NCBI GenBank assembly: GCA_964016885.1
Contig: OZ024741.1
Coordinates: 351,664,001 to 351,728,000, forward strand
Length of the DNA stretch: 64,000 bases
From: Eledone cirrhosa
Lineage: Eukaryota
Direction of reading: 5' to 3'
Numbering within the stretch: the stretch's first letter is position 1; each line of letters opens with the position of its first letter. This document shows positions 24,549 through 37,610 of this stretch, piece after piece. The notes under the pieces were generated by a model. It searched no databases. It saw nothing but the letters and a program-made list of their open reading frames with translations, and was not told the origin of the DNA. A program made the translations under genes and the position numbers.

Positions 24549-26446
24549 ATGTTAAACGCAGCGAACGAAAATAGTGGTGGGAGGACAGCGGTAAGAGTTG
24601 TAAGCTCGCACGCTTTAGTCCCCCCTTCTTTCCCAACTAACATCATAGAGAAGGAAGGAAAAATTAAAATAAAAACAGACGAATCTGCGGAGAAAAAAAA
24701 TGACGAAAACACAAATCTGGACATGGATTCCAACAACGAAAAAAAAAATTTGAAAAATTGCATGACAATACTAATAACACAAACAAAGACACAACAAACA
24801 CAAAAATAACATTTGAAAATAACACCATAACAGAAAGCAAAGCAGACGACAAGATTTCATTTGCACAGACAACAAAGAAATCTTTGACTTATATACCGGA
24901 AAATATTTCAGATGTGGCACGAAGAATCACAGATGCCAAACAATACATAAGTGAAGGAGAGAATGGTATTTTATCGGTAAAAATGCCTCAAGAATTCACC
25001 AAAGACATTGAAAGCCGAACGGTCAAGTTTCGCACCATCAACAACAGTACAAAAAAACCTGAACAGCCAACTCAAGCAGATATCAAAACAGTACTCACAG
25101 AAGTACTTAATGAAACCACTTTCATAAGAAAAGACAGACTGTATGGAAGCCTAGCAATTATCATGAAGAACGAATCGGTGGCAAAAAAATGTGCTTTGTC
25201 ACCGATTCGTTCGAAAAATTTTACCTTTTATCCATCTTATATGGGTAAAAGAACTCAACGCATATGGCTGGATGCAATGATGCCAGATGTGGACTACTGC
25301 TGGCTCATAGCTGGCTTCATCGATCCAGTGAATGACAACGTGATTTCCATTGGGAAAACCACAGGCAATGCGTTCAGTGGAACAGGTATAGAGCTGGTAG
25401 TGCAAATGAAGCCTGAACGCATCGCCCAAATACCCGACAGAATCCTATTAGAGGGCCACGGGTATATAAACATTAGCGTGGAGGGGAGAAGGCCGTCCTG
25501 CCATATCTGTGCAGGCAGAGGGCACCTGAAGGCCGCTTGTCCCCAACTCAACAAAAAGAAAACCTTGCTACCAACACCAGCTCCACCACCACCACCACAA
25601 CAGATAAACAAACAACAAAACTCAGTCCCACCCAACCCGTCCCTCAGTAAAACTACACCACCACCACAACACAAACAGTCACAACACATTACCCCAAAAC
25701 AAAATACAGGCCCACCCAACCCCTCACTCAATAAAACAACACAACCACCGCAGACACAACACACAACACAGTCTAACATAGTGACATCCATCTCCCCCAC
25801 AAAGAAAACCAACACGGAAACATTACCAGCAAACATACCTCTTCCCTCCAACACTGAAGATAACCCAACGAATTCGGAGGAAGAAACGGAGTCCTTCAGA
25901 CAGATTAAAAGGAAAAAAAGAAAACATGTGCAAAACACACAAGGCCAAACAACCCCCACCCAAATCTCAACACAATCCAACAAAACAGAAAACACCCCTC
26001 CAGCAACAAACAAAACCAAACCTGCCCCTCCCCTCTTCGAAACACTCACACCATCCGAAAAAAAGACATTACACTATACTTACATCAACAGAAACAATAA
26101 TAAATTAAATGAACTCATATACAATAATCCTTCGGTACAAACCGAAGGTGTAAACTTTGTTTCTTCAGAAAACTACCCACATTTAAAATTAATAAAGATC
26201 CCAATGAACCTCTACCAAAAACTAAAAAAGGATTTTAAGGAGGACGTAGGACCACCCTCTGTCAAACCCATAAACCGCGTTCTACTAAAAAGCTTTCCCC
26301 CGCCCCTTCCCCTCCCCAACACAACTCCAAACACCCCAACCCCACCACACACTGACGACCCCACACCACCACAAGACACCCCTTCACCCAACACCCCCGA
26401 CCCCATGGAAGTCGTGCAACCCGAACCCCGGGAAGCGGAAAGGTAG
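24549..26446 (+). CDS. Tx1-like ORF1, gag-like nucleic-acid-binding protein (one frameshift)
   Basis: CCHC knuckle CHICAGRGHLKAAC followed by a Pro/Thr/Gln-rich tail. The ATG 24549 frame joins the 24758 frame if one A is added to the A10 run at 24739-24748 (about 632 aa). Confidence 0.8.
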
Positions 26447-26479
26447 GTCTCTACACTCTCCTTTGGCTCTGCCGCCCAC

Positions 26480-29400
26480 ATGGATGTGTTAAGAGTAGGA
26501 TGTTTGAATGCACGTGGCCTGGGCTCAACTTGGAAGCAAGCAAAGCTTCTAAATGACCTCAGGTCATGTAGTATAAATGTAATGGTTATCTGTGAGACTC
26601 GAATCAGCGTCGTGCGGCAGCTGGCCCCCACCTTCGATGACTTTGAGGTGCATGCATCTCTCTGTCAACCTGGAGGTGGGGGTGGGGTTGTCGTACTGCT
26701 GCAAAAACACCTGGGTCTTGCCGTACAGGTTGTGCACTCGGACCCGGAGGGTCGTTTGTTGGTGCTAGACGTTGGCAGTAGTGAAAGTGCGGCCTTGAGA
26801 CTGGTCGCCGTCTACTCCCCTTTCGGAGCTGAACGGCCCGACTTCTTCCAGCGTTTGGAGACTTTTCTGGGAACGTCGCGTTCCCTGCTTCTAGCGGGGG
26901 ATTGGAATGACATCCTAGATGCACGTTGGGACTATGCCGGAGCATGTCCTAATAGAGGGGGGTGTAACATCCTCAAGGGGTTACTCGACCGTTTTAACTT
27001 GGTCGATAGATATCGACTAGATTTTCCAACTGTGCCTACCTGGACTTGGAAAAACCACAGTGGTCAATCTAGATCGTACTTAGATAGATTCTTAGTTAGA
27101 AGTAAGGATAGGGACATATTAAGCTGTCCAGAAATGCGCACGGTTGGCTACACGGATCACAAATTAGTGACCTGCGTAGTCAATCTCGAGAAAACACATA
27201 AACAGGGTCCCGGTTACTGGAAACTTAATTTGTCTTTACCGGCAAAAGAGACTTACAGAAACCGGATTAGCAGATTAGTTAAGGAGAGGTTGACGGGTTC
27301 AATCGTCAACAACCGATGGTGGGCATCTCTCAAAAGAGAGATTAGAACAGAATCAATAAGTTATAGCAAGATGTTAGCTGCCGATAGGAATAGAAACGAG
27401 AAAGAATTAACAGGTAAATTAGAAGAGGCAATCAAGAGCGAAGATGTGGCCAGAGTGCTGGCATCGAGGACGGCCTTGAACCAGTTTTTCGATGCAAAGC
27501 ACGAAGGCTGCGTCATTCGAAGTAAAAAACGTGCTCTAGGTAATGAGGGGGCCAAAGCCGTTGGCTGGGCCCGCGTGACAGAAGCTAAGAGTGGAAATCG
27601 ATCCACCATCCGGTCGTTGCAAGACGAAGATGGACGGGTGATCCGGGAGCCTAAGCAGATGTGCAAGGCCTTTCAAAAGCACTTTGCCCGATTGTTTGGG
27701 GGAGGCGGGGGTCCGGGCGGGGGCGTGGATTTCGGTCCATACCTCGACGGCCTGTCGCGTCTCTCGAGCGAAGAGGCAGAGTCCTGCGAGGGACCAATCT
27801 CGGCTGATGAGATCGGAGATGCGCTGAGCCAATGCAGCAGACGCAAATCTCCAGGTCTCGATGGTATACCTTACGAACTTTATTTAGCAATGCCGGTCTT
27901 CTTCTCCGAACTCCTCGAAGCGGTCTACTGCAATTGGCAGCAGAACGGGAGAATTCCTTGTTCTGTAGCCAAGGGCGTAGTCACGCTGGTGAGGAAGGAC
28001 GAGAACAAGGGAGATAGTATAAATAATTTTCGGCCCATAACCCTGCTAAACACAGAGTTAAAGATTTTGGCCAAGGTGTTAGCAAAGAGGTTGGCGCTTG
28101 TCGTGGGTGGCCTGGTGGGAGATGCGCAGACATGTGCTATCCCATCCAGGTCCATTCACGATAACCTCCACCTCATGCGATACATCATAGAGAGGGTTGG
28201 CAACAAACCCGGCTTCGGTGGGGCCCTGATCAACTTGGATCAGTCTAAGGCCTTCGATAGGGTCGACCATGGTTACCTGGATGCGGTGCTAGCGGCGGCT
28301 GGGTTCGGTCCTGTTTTCAGAGGCTGGATCACTGCCTTACATAGCAACCACATCTGTTCTAGGATCAAGGTGAACGGCTACCTTTCGAAGCCGTTCGAAA
28401 TCACACGATCCATTCGACAGGGGTGCCCTCTCTCCTCCCTTCTGTACGTATTGACTCTCGAGCCTTTACTGAGGAAGTTGGAGTTGTTGCAGGGTATCCC
28501 CCTGGAACCAGGATTGAGTAAAGCGGTGTCGGCCTACGCCGATGACGTAACAGTAATGGTATCGACCGACTCGGAGATCGAGGCGATCGGTACCTTACTG
28601 GAGGATTACGAAAGGTTGTCAGGAGCGAAACTGAACCGGGAAAAATCCATCGGGCTGCAACTCGGAACGTGGAGAGGCAGACCGATGCCTCCTGACAGTG
28701 TTGTCGGACACTGGACGGAGGGCCCAGTAAAGTTGCTTGGGGTCTGGTTTGGACCGGACCTCCAGGTGGAAAAGAACTGGAACGAGGTTACGAACAAGGT
28801 GTTTGCACTAACCCAGAAATGGGCCAAGTGTAAGCTGTCCCTAAAAGGCCGGGCAGAGGTGGCGAACATTTACATAGCGTCCGTCACTTACTACCGCCTG
28901 ACTGCCGTGCCTTGCCCTAAGGAAACAATCACCACCATGGAACGCATGCTCTTCCAATTTCTTTGGAAGAAGCGCCCTCCTATGGTGAGAAGATCCATCT
29001 GCTGCCAACAACCTTCGAAAGGAGGGCTGGGGATGCCGTGGTTGATGATGCGTAGGCACGCATTAAGGCTACGGCACCTACAGGTATTCCTCACTGGTCA
29101 ACAGGTGTGGGCTCCGTTCGTGAAACGAGCCTTTCCGAGACTCGTCTCGCTCACCGAGCTACAGTCCTGGGTCAAGCAAAGATCCGGAAAACTGGGAGAC
29201 TGGCACACTGAGTGTGCTCAGGCGCTCAGGGCTCTCTGGCAAGCGGGCCAGGCCATCGGTGGAGAATCCACCTCATCATTCTATAGAGGGCTGGTGGCTA
29301 GCAGGGGCGATGACACCCTTGGAGAGTCGCTGGACATGGAAGAAGACGAACTGGCCAGCCTGTTCGGTAGGACTTTCGGCCCAGGACCAATGGACAACTT

Positions 29401-29917
29401 CCAGAAGTCACTGGCCTGGCAGTGCTACCGGGGGGCTCTACCCGTTCGAGAGAGGCTCTACAGACACGGGCGCCCGGGCAGGGATCCCTCAAAAAAGATT
29501 TGCCCTAGATGCGTGCGTCACGAAGAAACCGTTGCGCACGCATTGGTGCAATGTCCGGGCGTGGCTGATCTGTAGGGCTACGCCGAACGACTGCTGTCGC
29601 GGGTGGCGCCGATTAAATTGACCGCCGAGTCCGTGATGACAATTAAACCGCCTCCCCTCTTCACAAAGGAAGCAAAGGCGGTTTTTCTGTGCGTAATAGC
29701 CATGTTGAAAGAGGTTGTTTGGTGGACACGATTGAAAGGTCTGAGGTCAGGCAACTTCCTCTCTGGCCATAGTCTGGTCTACTTCTTCCGATATCACTTC
29801 GGAAGAAGGATAAGAATGGAGAGAGAGGTGCTTGGCCACAGGCAGTTTTATGAAAGGTGGGTGATAGTGGCGAGAATGGCTCGTGTAAATGGGCCTTCTC
29901 TGTATACCATCCTGTAG
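26480..29917 (+). CDS. Tx1-like ORF2: AP endonuclease, reverse transcriptase and C-terminal CCHC finger (one in-frame TAG at 29573-29575)
   Basis: APE motifs CLNARGL, ICETRI, AGDWN, SYLDRF, TDHKLV; RT motifs KSPGLDG, FRPITLLN, DQSKAFDRV, RQGCPLS, YADD; CPRC...HALVQC finger. The frame continues past the TAG to 29917. Confidence 0.93.
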
Positions 29918-30136
29918 GTAAAGAAGTAAAGGAGAGGGGAGCACCTTCTCCATGTGCTCCCCGGGCAAAGGATTGCACACTTTTTCGGGGGTGTGTGCAA
30001 CCCCCATCACGTCCCCTCCCTTTTGAGGTTATTTTCGATTATTTTCATGTTACACCCTTTTTACTCGATTATATGTAAACTCCCCCTTTGTATTTGTCCC
30101 TTCTTTTTATGCCTTTATGGTAAATAAAGAAATATA

Positions 30137-30445
30137 TCTATATATATATAAAACTGAGGATGTCTGTCTGTGTGTGTGTAAGTTTGAATCCCTAAAACTA
30201 GAGAAGCACCCAACCGACTGTTTTCAAAATTTACACATGTAATACTTATGTTTCAGGGAGTGTTCTGAACAAAGAAAATTTCAAATTTTCAATGCCCTAG
30301 GGACCGCATTAGGCGATTTAGCGATCTCTCTCTATAATTCTTAGTCTTTCTCTTTTTAGATAGATACATACATATAACGTCGCACCCTTATAATATCTGT
30401 TTGTATGTCTGGCTGTCTGCATTACGTCACTGCCCTGAAGATGTC

Positions 30446-30485
<40 letters not shown>

Positions 30486-31055
30486 TGTGAGTTTGAATCC
30501 CTAAAACTCAAGAAGTACCCAACCAATTTTTTTTCAAACTTTACATGTGTATTACTTATGTTTCAGGGAGTGCTAGACGTGCGCATTAAGTGAAAAACTG
30601 CGTTTTTTAAGCTTTTTAGGGGTTTTTTGAGGCGTTACGTCAGACCGATTTCCTTGAAATTGTAACTATGTATTAGTCAGTCTCTTCTTCATACCGTGAG
30701 CAAAGAAAACCCAACTTTTTTATGGCCCAGAGCCTGCATTAGGTGAAAAACTTCGTTTTTTCAGCTTTTTAGGGCTTTTTGGAGGCGTTATGTCTAGCCG
30801 ATTTTCCTCAAATTTCAAGGCATATTATGCACATAAAAAAAATTTATTTTCTTGATTCCCTAGGGCCCGCATTAGATGAAAACCTGCATTTTTCCTGCTT
30901 CATCGAGGAAAATCTTAAAGATTATTCAGTCATCAGAGTATTTGGTTTATTTTCTTTACATATTGTCGAGGCATGCAGTTTTTCCATGATTAGGTCTGTT
31001 GGCAGCCCTCGTTCCAAAATACCTTATCTCGTGCAACACCGGGTACCACTGCTAG
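30137..31055 (+). mobile_element. Non-autonomous Helitron-type element with internal duplication
   Basis: 5' TCTATATATATATAAAACTGAGG; (TGTC)/(TG)n tract; 30155-30265 repeated at 30436-30575; 3' CTCGTGCAACACCGGG hairpin then CTAG followed by T. Confidence 0.75.
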
Positions 31056-31074
31056 TATATCTTAAAATTCCCTT

Positions 31075-31445
31075 TTATGACCTGGAGAACTACAATGAAC
31101 AGAAGTTGGCTGAGGACCAAACCTTGATGAACTCCTGTCTGTACCTTAAATTCCTCACTAAACTCACTTCCTACTCTCACTTTACTGCCAACTCCTCTGT
31201 ACATGGCTTGCACTACCATTCTTCTACACCTTCTTCACTATATGACAGATCAAGGTACTCTGCCAAAGGCTTTTTCTAGATCAACAAAAGCTAAATATAC
31301 CAACTTATTCATGGCTAGGAACTACTCTGGTAGTTGTCCCTCTAAGAAGAGAGCATAAGTAGTACTTTTCCCAGGCATAAAACCAAACTGCAACTCATCT
31401 AATTTAACTCTTTCCCTAATTAGCTGTGATAGAACTCTTTCTATC
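31075..31445 (-). mobile_element. Degraded RTE RT fragment
   Basis: Minus strand reads QFGFMPGKSTT, LVYLAFVDLEKAF, VQTGVHQGLVLSQLLF. Confidence 0.7.
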
Positions 31446-32099
31446 ACTAGCTGTAAGGGCTTGCAAGTTGCTCAGTGTTACTGGAAACTCTAAGATCAAT
31501 GGTGATGTGAATATACTATATTTTGCAAACAAGGAGGGTGGCCGGGGTCTAAAATCTAAATTAACATAAAAGACCCAGCAACATCTTCAACAGAAGAAAA
31601 AGGCCAACAGCCACCTCATCCAGGTTTTTTTGAGAATGAAAATAATAATATTGTTAAGAAACCCACTGATATAGAAGAGGGACATGAAATAAAAGCTGTA
31701 GAAAGCTTGCTGAACAAAGGGTTGGGCGGCCCCTTCATCATCATCATCATCATCATCATCATCGTTTTACGTCCGTTCTTCCACGCTAGCATGGGTTAGA
31801 CGGGTTGTCCTGTTGTGGGCAGTGTCTGGTCGTCTGACCATGCCTTGCTCATACAGGAACTGATTTGGCTTGATTTCTACAGCTGGATGCCCTTCCTAAC
31901 ACCACAGGTGTATCAAAACATGGCAGCCTCCAAAGTGATGGTGCCATGATAAAAAGTACTTGATAGAGTATTGAACCATATGTAAGTGAAGAATGCTGGA
32001 GATGTTCTTCAGTACTAGCTCAGTCTGTGAAGAACCCCCCCCCCCCCCTCCACCATCCATTGCAGGAAAGTGGGCATTAAATGACGATATATATATATA

Positions 32100-32505
32100 C
32101 ATCACCATCATCATCACCATCATTTAATGTCCATCTGCCACGTTAGCATGGGTTGGACGGGTTTGTCCCATTTGAGGCAAAATTGGTCAGGTGACCGTGT
32201 CTCACTCGTACAGAACTGTCTCTGGCAGGTTTTCTATGGTTGGATGCCTTTCCTAACACCAACCACATTTACAGTGTGGACCGGGTGCTTTTTGTTGTGT
32301 CACCTATATGACCACTTTAAAGTGGACGGAAGTGGGAGGATGGAGTGGGGTGCGTGGGGTGTATATTGGGTTAAGAGGTGCCTACTGACTGTAGGTTTAA
32401 GTTTGTATGTAAGGGAAGGCGGGTCTTCTGTATAACTGCATAGTGCCAAAGATCTCGATCCAGTGACATTGTCTTAGAGAGGTGTAAGTAAGCAAGGTCA
32501 GTTTT
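32100..32505 (-). mobile_element. RTE 3' end with extended UTR (family of 15509-16830)
   Basis: Same ORF end (LHLSKTMSLDRDLWH...EDPP) and same UTR/tail order. Confidence 0.75.
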
Positions 32506-32873
32506 TATATATATACGCATATATGTATATACATTATTTATACGTATGTGTGTGTAAGTATAACAAATTAAGATAATAGAATAGATGTGGTGGGGTTGTA
32601 TATTAAATTATATATGAAATGTTCATGTAAATAAAAAATGCTGCAGCCTAGCTATGAATTATAAAAGCAGTGATTTATTCACCCCTAGTCTTTAGCAACC
32701 AGTGGAGAGCACTCTGACACCACTGTTTTTGGTTCTTTAACCATTGTCAGTGGAGCCGACTCCTTTTGGATGCTACAATGAAAATAAGCCAAAAGCTTAG
32801 TTTTATGCTTATGTACATTGGCTAACAAAGCCTATTTGCATACAGAGCAAAAGCTGGTGGGCTCTAAGTAATG

Positions 32874-33086
32874 GTTTCTTATATAGGCACAAGGCCAGCA
32901 ATTTTGGGGGAGGGGAAAGTCGATTAAATCGACCCCTGTGCATGACTGGTACTTTATTTTATCGGCCCCGTAAGGATGAAAGGCAAAGTTAACCGGCGGG
33001 ATTTGAACTCAGATCATAAAGGGCCGTAACTCTATACTGCAAAGCATGGTGTCCGACCCTCTACCGATACTGCCAATCCACCGCCC
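32874..33086 (-). mobile_element. SINE family 1, long subfamily, full length with TSD
   Basis: Flanked by CTGGTGGGCTCTAAGTAATG at 32854-32873 and 33086-33105; contains the extra GGGGTCGATTTAATCGAC segment. Confidence 0.88.
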
Positions 33087-33139
33087 TGGTGGGCTCTAAG
33101 TAATGAGAGGTAGTGACATTCTGACATTGCATGAGTGAG

Positions 33140-34310
33140 CTGACAAACAGTGTGGTTTTCACCCAGGATGCAGCACAGCCAACCAAATATTTACACATTA
33201 GCAGGTTTTTGTTAAATCACGGAAGTATTGCAAAAGGTGCATGCTTGTTTCATAGACCATGAAGGTATATGACAGCATTCCACAGGCCCTGTTGTGGACG
33301 GTTCTGCAGGAGTATGGGATCGATGGACAGCTTCTTGTTGCCCTGATGTCTCTATATGAATGCTCTAGTATTTGTGTTTGGATAAATGATGCTAAATCAA
33401 AACCATTCGATGTAGGAGTTGGGCTCAGCCAAAGGTGTATACTGTCATACTGTCACCTCTCCTGTTCATAATCTTCATGAACAGGATTAACATGTACAGC
33501 TGAGTTGGAAGTGGCATCATGACTGGTAGGATCAGTCAGCTAGAATTTGATTTGCAGAAGGCATGATATTACTTAACTCATCAGAAGGTGATCTCTGACA
33601 TGCACTTTATAGGTATGATACCAAGTGCTATATAGCTGGAATGAAAATCAATGCTGTAAAGACTGAGATAATTGTCCTCTCAAGGAATCCCACTCAGTGC
33701 ACTCTACATGTGAATTGAGATCCATTTAAGCAAGCATCTCGGGGTTATGTTCAGGAATGATGGAAGACAGGAAGCTGAATTAAGTGCAAGAATTGCAGGA
33801 GTTGGTGCAGAAATACACCAGCTTCAGCATTTGGTAATCAGAAGAAGGGAGATGGGTGTAAAAGCCAAACTCGCTATCTTCAATTTGGTATTTGTGCCAT
33901 GAATCTTGGGTAATAACTGAAAGAATATGATGGCAAATACAACTGACCGAAATGGTGTTCCTCTGAAGTGTCCTTAAGAGTAATGTTACTCGATTGAGTG
34001 TGTAGCTCGGAGATCAGAGAGTCACTCCAAGTAGAGCCACTACTTCTCCAAATTGAGAGATCACAGCTCCAATATTATGAGCATGTAGTTAGAATGTCTC
34101 AGGAAAGAATCAATGGATAGATTTTATAGGCAAAACCAGCTGGCAGGAGATCCAGAAGGGGACTTCAAGCAGGATGGTTGGATAACATCCATGAGCTCAC
34201 CTGGTCTCACTTGGAGAAGGTTGCTTTTGACAGGACCCTCTAGAAAGAATGTTTGAGGACTCTGCACCCTCATGACCCTCCCAGGAATAAGTGGGCAAAG
34301 AAGAAAAAGA
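33140..34310 (+). mobile_element. Degraded RTE LINE, second (Expander/Rex3-like) family
   Basis: KVYDSIPQALLWTVLQEYGIDGQLL...PFDVGVGLSQRCILS; ends in a GAA-rich tail. Related pieces at 41760-42440 (+) and 1015-1215 (-). Confidence 0.75.
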
Positions 34311-34419
34311 AGAGAAAAGGGAGAGTAGTGGCAGTTCTTGTCTGCCCTTCATACTTTCTCCATTACAACCATATGAGATTTTGACAATTGGTGAAATTCT
34401 TCAGCTAGTAACCTGTTAT

Positions 34420-35100
34420 GAGGTCTGGACCTTGGGATTTCCTGTTTGATATTTTCTGTAGAGCTGTTTCCAGTATTGCGCTGTCTATTTTATATTGCAG
34501 TTGCTGGACATGCTGGCAGTACTCATGCTCAAGTTCTTTTAGCCATACAACTTGTTTGTTGAACTCATTATTGTTTCCCATACAGATCTCCAGTAGCTCT
34601 GAACCTGATCTTTTCTAGAGGTATTTTTGATTGAGCCTTTCAGATTGAAGGTATGATAGACTGACTGGGGATCCTTGGAAAATAAACTATTCAGCATTTG
34701 CTGTTTATATGGTTTAGATTTATATTTTAGTTTTTCACCTGTAGCTGTGAGTTGGTGTTTCAGCTGGTATAGTTTAGAGTTTAGGGTTTTAAATCCTGTA
34801 TCTCCAAATCACCTCTCTAGATCTTTTTAGGTCTTCTTGATATCAAGTGAAAATGTTCCCTATGTTACATTTCATAACTACAACAATCTGTGGGATACTT
34901 CTTTGCAGGATAAAAATGTTATCTTTTAAGTTATGGGTGCATAGTGGTTCAGGCTGTCTGCTTGTATCTTGACTGCATAGCTTCAGCTCTTTACGATATG
35001 CTAACAGTGTGATAGCTGAGACATATATCAAAGGTTAATGGTTTGGTAGGTTGTTTTCATACCTCCAGACTATGTGGCCTTCAGATAATTGTCTGCTATT
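34420..35100 (-). mobile_element. R4/Dong-like relic (pre-RT region)
   Basis: QVQSYWRSVW...WLKELEHEYC...ALQKISNRKSQGPD resembles the WKAPGPD block. A related piece at about 31460-31710 reads ILYFANKEGGRGLKS. Confidence 0.55.
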
Positions 35101-35439
35101 TCATTAACCACCTCCAATTCTAATTTGGTGAGTTCTTTACTTATACTGGTGTTGTATGGCCTGTCACTCAAATTAAAGTTGTTGGACCTGTTAAAACACA
35201 TCATCCCAGATCATTTATAAAGCATCCACAAACTTTCAGTGTTCTTCTATTTGTACTGTAGGTGTATGGATTTCAACTAAATTGTTTGTGTTGTTTACTG
35301 CTAGATTTAGCTAACCATTCTGTCTGTCCATCAGTGAGAGTGGGATCATTATCTTCAATGGCTCGCTTTGTAGTGCCGGCCTGCTTTGAATCAGACAGAT
35401 CCATTAAATGTACTAATTTACATTTAATGATACATTTGT

Positions 35440-35710
35440 TTAATGATACCTTATTTCTCAATAGAGAGGCATTTCCATAAGGTTGTGTTAAAGAATTAAG
35501 TGCTTCGGTGGCAGATTTGTTAAGTTCCACACAAAATTTGATTGCATACCGTTGTTTGGTATTTTCCTGTGTTACAAACATAACAGAGGTTATAAAAAGC
35601 AATAACTCATGACTGACTCAATCAATTATGTTGAAACAAGTATGAACATGCAGTAAAGGTCATAACCAACACACCTACATACATCAACGAGGTGCTGCGT
35701 TAACTTTTTG
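35440..35710 (-). pseudogene. Mariner 5' fragment, same family as 62718-63612
   Basis: QRYAIKFCVELNKSATEALNSLTQPYGNASL; upstream sequence resembles 62780-62910. Confidence 0.7.
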
Positions 35711-36687
35711 TTAAGATTGTAGCTCCAGTGTATACAATGATTTTAGTCACGATTTGTCAAAGTACATTTAGCCGTGATGATTTTTCACTGATATTTGTAT
35801 TTATTTTTCAAGCTAGACGATGATCTTCTTTAAAAGTTTCAACAAAGTTTTGTCAGAATTCAATTTAAAGTTGCTCACAGCATGGGTAATCTTTCTTTTC
35901 AGATTGCTTTTAATTCTACAATTGTAATTAAATGTTCATATTTAGTATTTTTTGTGTGGGGAATTGTTTTAAAATGTAACTTGGCTTATTTCTTTATGTG
36001 TATAGCGCTACAACGGTGTGTTTATATAAATATATTAAAATGTATGTAATATTTATATAGATATGTTAAAATATATGTAATGTTTATATAGATATGTTAC
36101 AATATATGTAGTGTTTAAACACTTATGTAGCACAAATTTTCCAATATATGGTATGTTGCCTTCATCTAAGTATCAGACTACACACAATGGTCGCCATTTT
36201 GTATGTGTGTATGTATATATAGTATTATTCCAGTTGATAGCTAACACAAAGATATTATTGATTTGTTATTTTTAGTTCGTTTGTTTCTTTGGCTTCCTTT
36301 TTATCTGGTTTCTACTTTCAAATATTTTCCAATATATATTATTTTCATATAGCACTCTCCATCACTAACAACAACAAAAACAACAATGGCTACTACCACC
36401 ACTGTCCCAGCAACCACAACCCACCAACAATACCACAAGGTCCATACCACCACTATAAGCCTCCCCATTGCCACTACTATAACCATTACCATCACCACTA
36501 AATACATACAAACACACAGATACAAAGACACAATAATATACACAAACATATTAAAAGATGATGGTATTGAGTTAGTCAAGAAATAGTGTATCTATAAAAA
36601 GGACAGCATTGGAATCTTAAGATCTCTATTGAAAGTTCAGGGGTGACATGGAATCAATGAAGATTGGTTTTGGGAGGATGATTCAAA

Positions 36688-37610
36688 GTGATATACCACT
36701 ATACCACACAGTGATATACCACTATATCAGTAATATACCACTGTACCAGAGATATACCACTATACTAATGATATACTACTATACCAGTGATATACCACTG
36801 TACCAGTGATATACCACTGTACCAGTGATATACCACTGTACCAGTGATATACCACTGTACCAGTGATATAGCACTGTACCAGAGATATACCACTGTACCA
36901 GAGATATACCACTATATCAGTGATATACCACTATATCAGAGATATAGCACTGTACCAGAGATATACCACTGTACCAGAGATATACCACTGTACCAGAGAT
37001 ATACCACTGTACCAGTGATATACCACTGTACCAGTGATATACCACTGTACCAGTGATATACCACTGTACCAGAGATATAGCACTGTACCAGAGATATACC
37101 ACTGTATCAGAGATATACCACTGTACCAGAGATATACCACTATATCAGTGATATACCACTATATCAGAGATATACCACTGTACCAGAGATATACCACTAT
37201 ACCAGTGATATACCACTATATCAGAGATATAGCACTGTACCAGAGATATACCACTGTACCAGAGATATACCACTGTACCAGAGATATACCACTGTACCAG
37301 AGATATACCACTGTACCAGTGATATACCACTGTACCAGAGATATACCACTATATCAGTGATATACCACTGTATCAGAGATATACCACTGTACCAGAGATA
37401 TACCACTGTACCAGAGATATACCACTGTACCAGAGATATACCACTATATCAGAGATATACCACTGTACCAGAGATATATCACTGTACCAGTGATATACCA
37501 CTATATCAGAGATATACCGCTATATCAGAGATATACCACTGTACCAGAGATATACCACTGTACCAGAGATATACCACTATACCAGATATATACCACAGTA
37601 CCAGTGATAT
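36688..37610. repeat. 19-bp minisatellite, about 48 copies
   Basis: Unit GATATACCACTGTACCAG(A/T) with a few recurrent variants and no spacers. Confidence 0.95.

Larger units (their letters stand above)
24331..30134 (+). mobile_element. Full-length Tx1-like (L1 clade) non-LTR retrotransposon, antisense to MAEA
   Basis: Two ORFs (zinc-knuckle ORF1; APE-RT-zinc finger ORF2), AATAAA at 30123-30128, and a candidate 15-bp TSD TATCTATATATATAT at 24316-24330 and 30135-30149. Confidence 0.9.

Noticed and set aside
24739-24748. Programmed -1 frameshift in Tx1 ORF1 (A AAA AAT)
   Set aside because: A slippery heptamer is present but no downstream stimulatory structure is evident; a homopolymer deletion or sequencing error is simpler. 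Sister copies or raw reads would decide.
25294-26049. 251-aa antisense ORF in Tx1 ORF1
   Set aside because: Expected shadow of a C/A-rich low-complexity sense strand.
36688-37610. Possible CRISPR array or repeat-protein ORFs
   Set aside because: Contiguous 19-bp units with no unique spacers, no cas genes, eukaryotic context.
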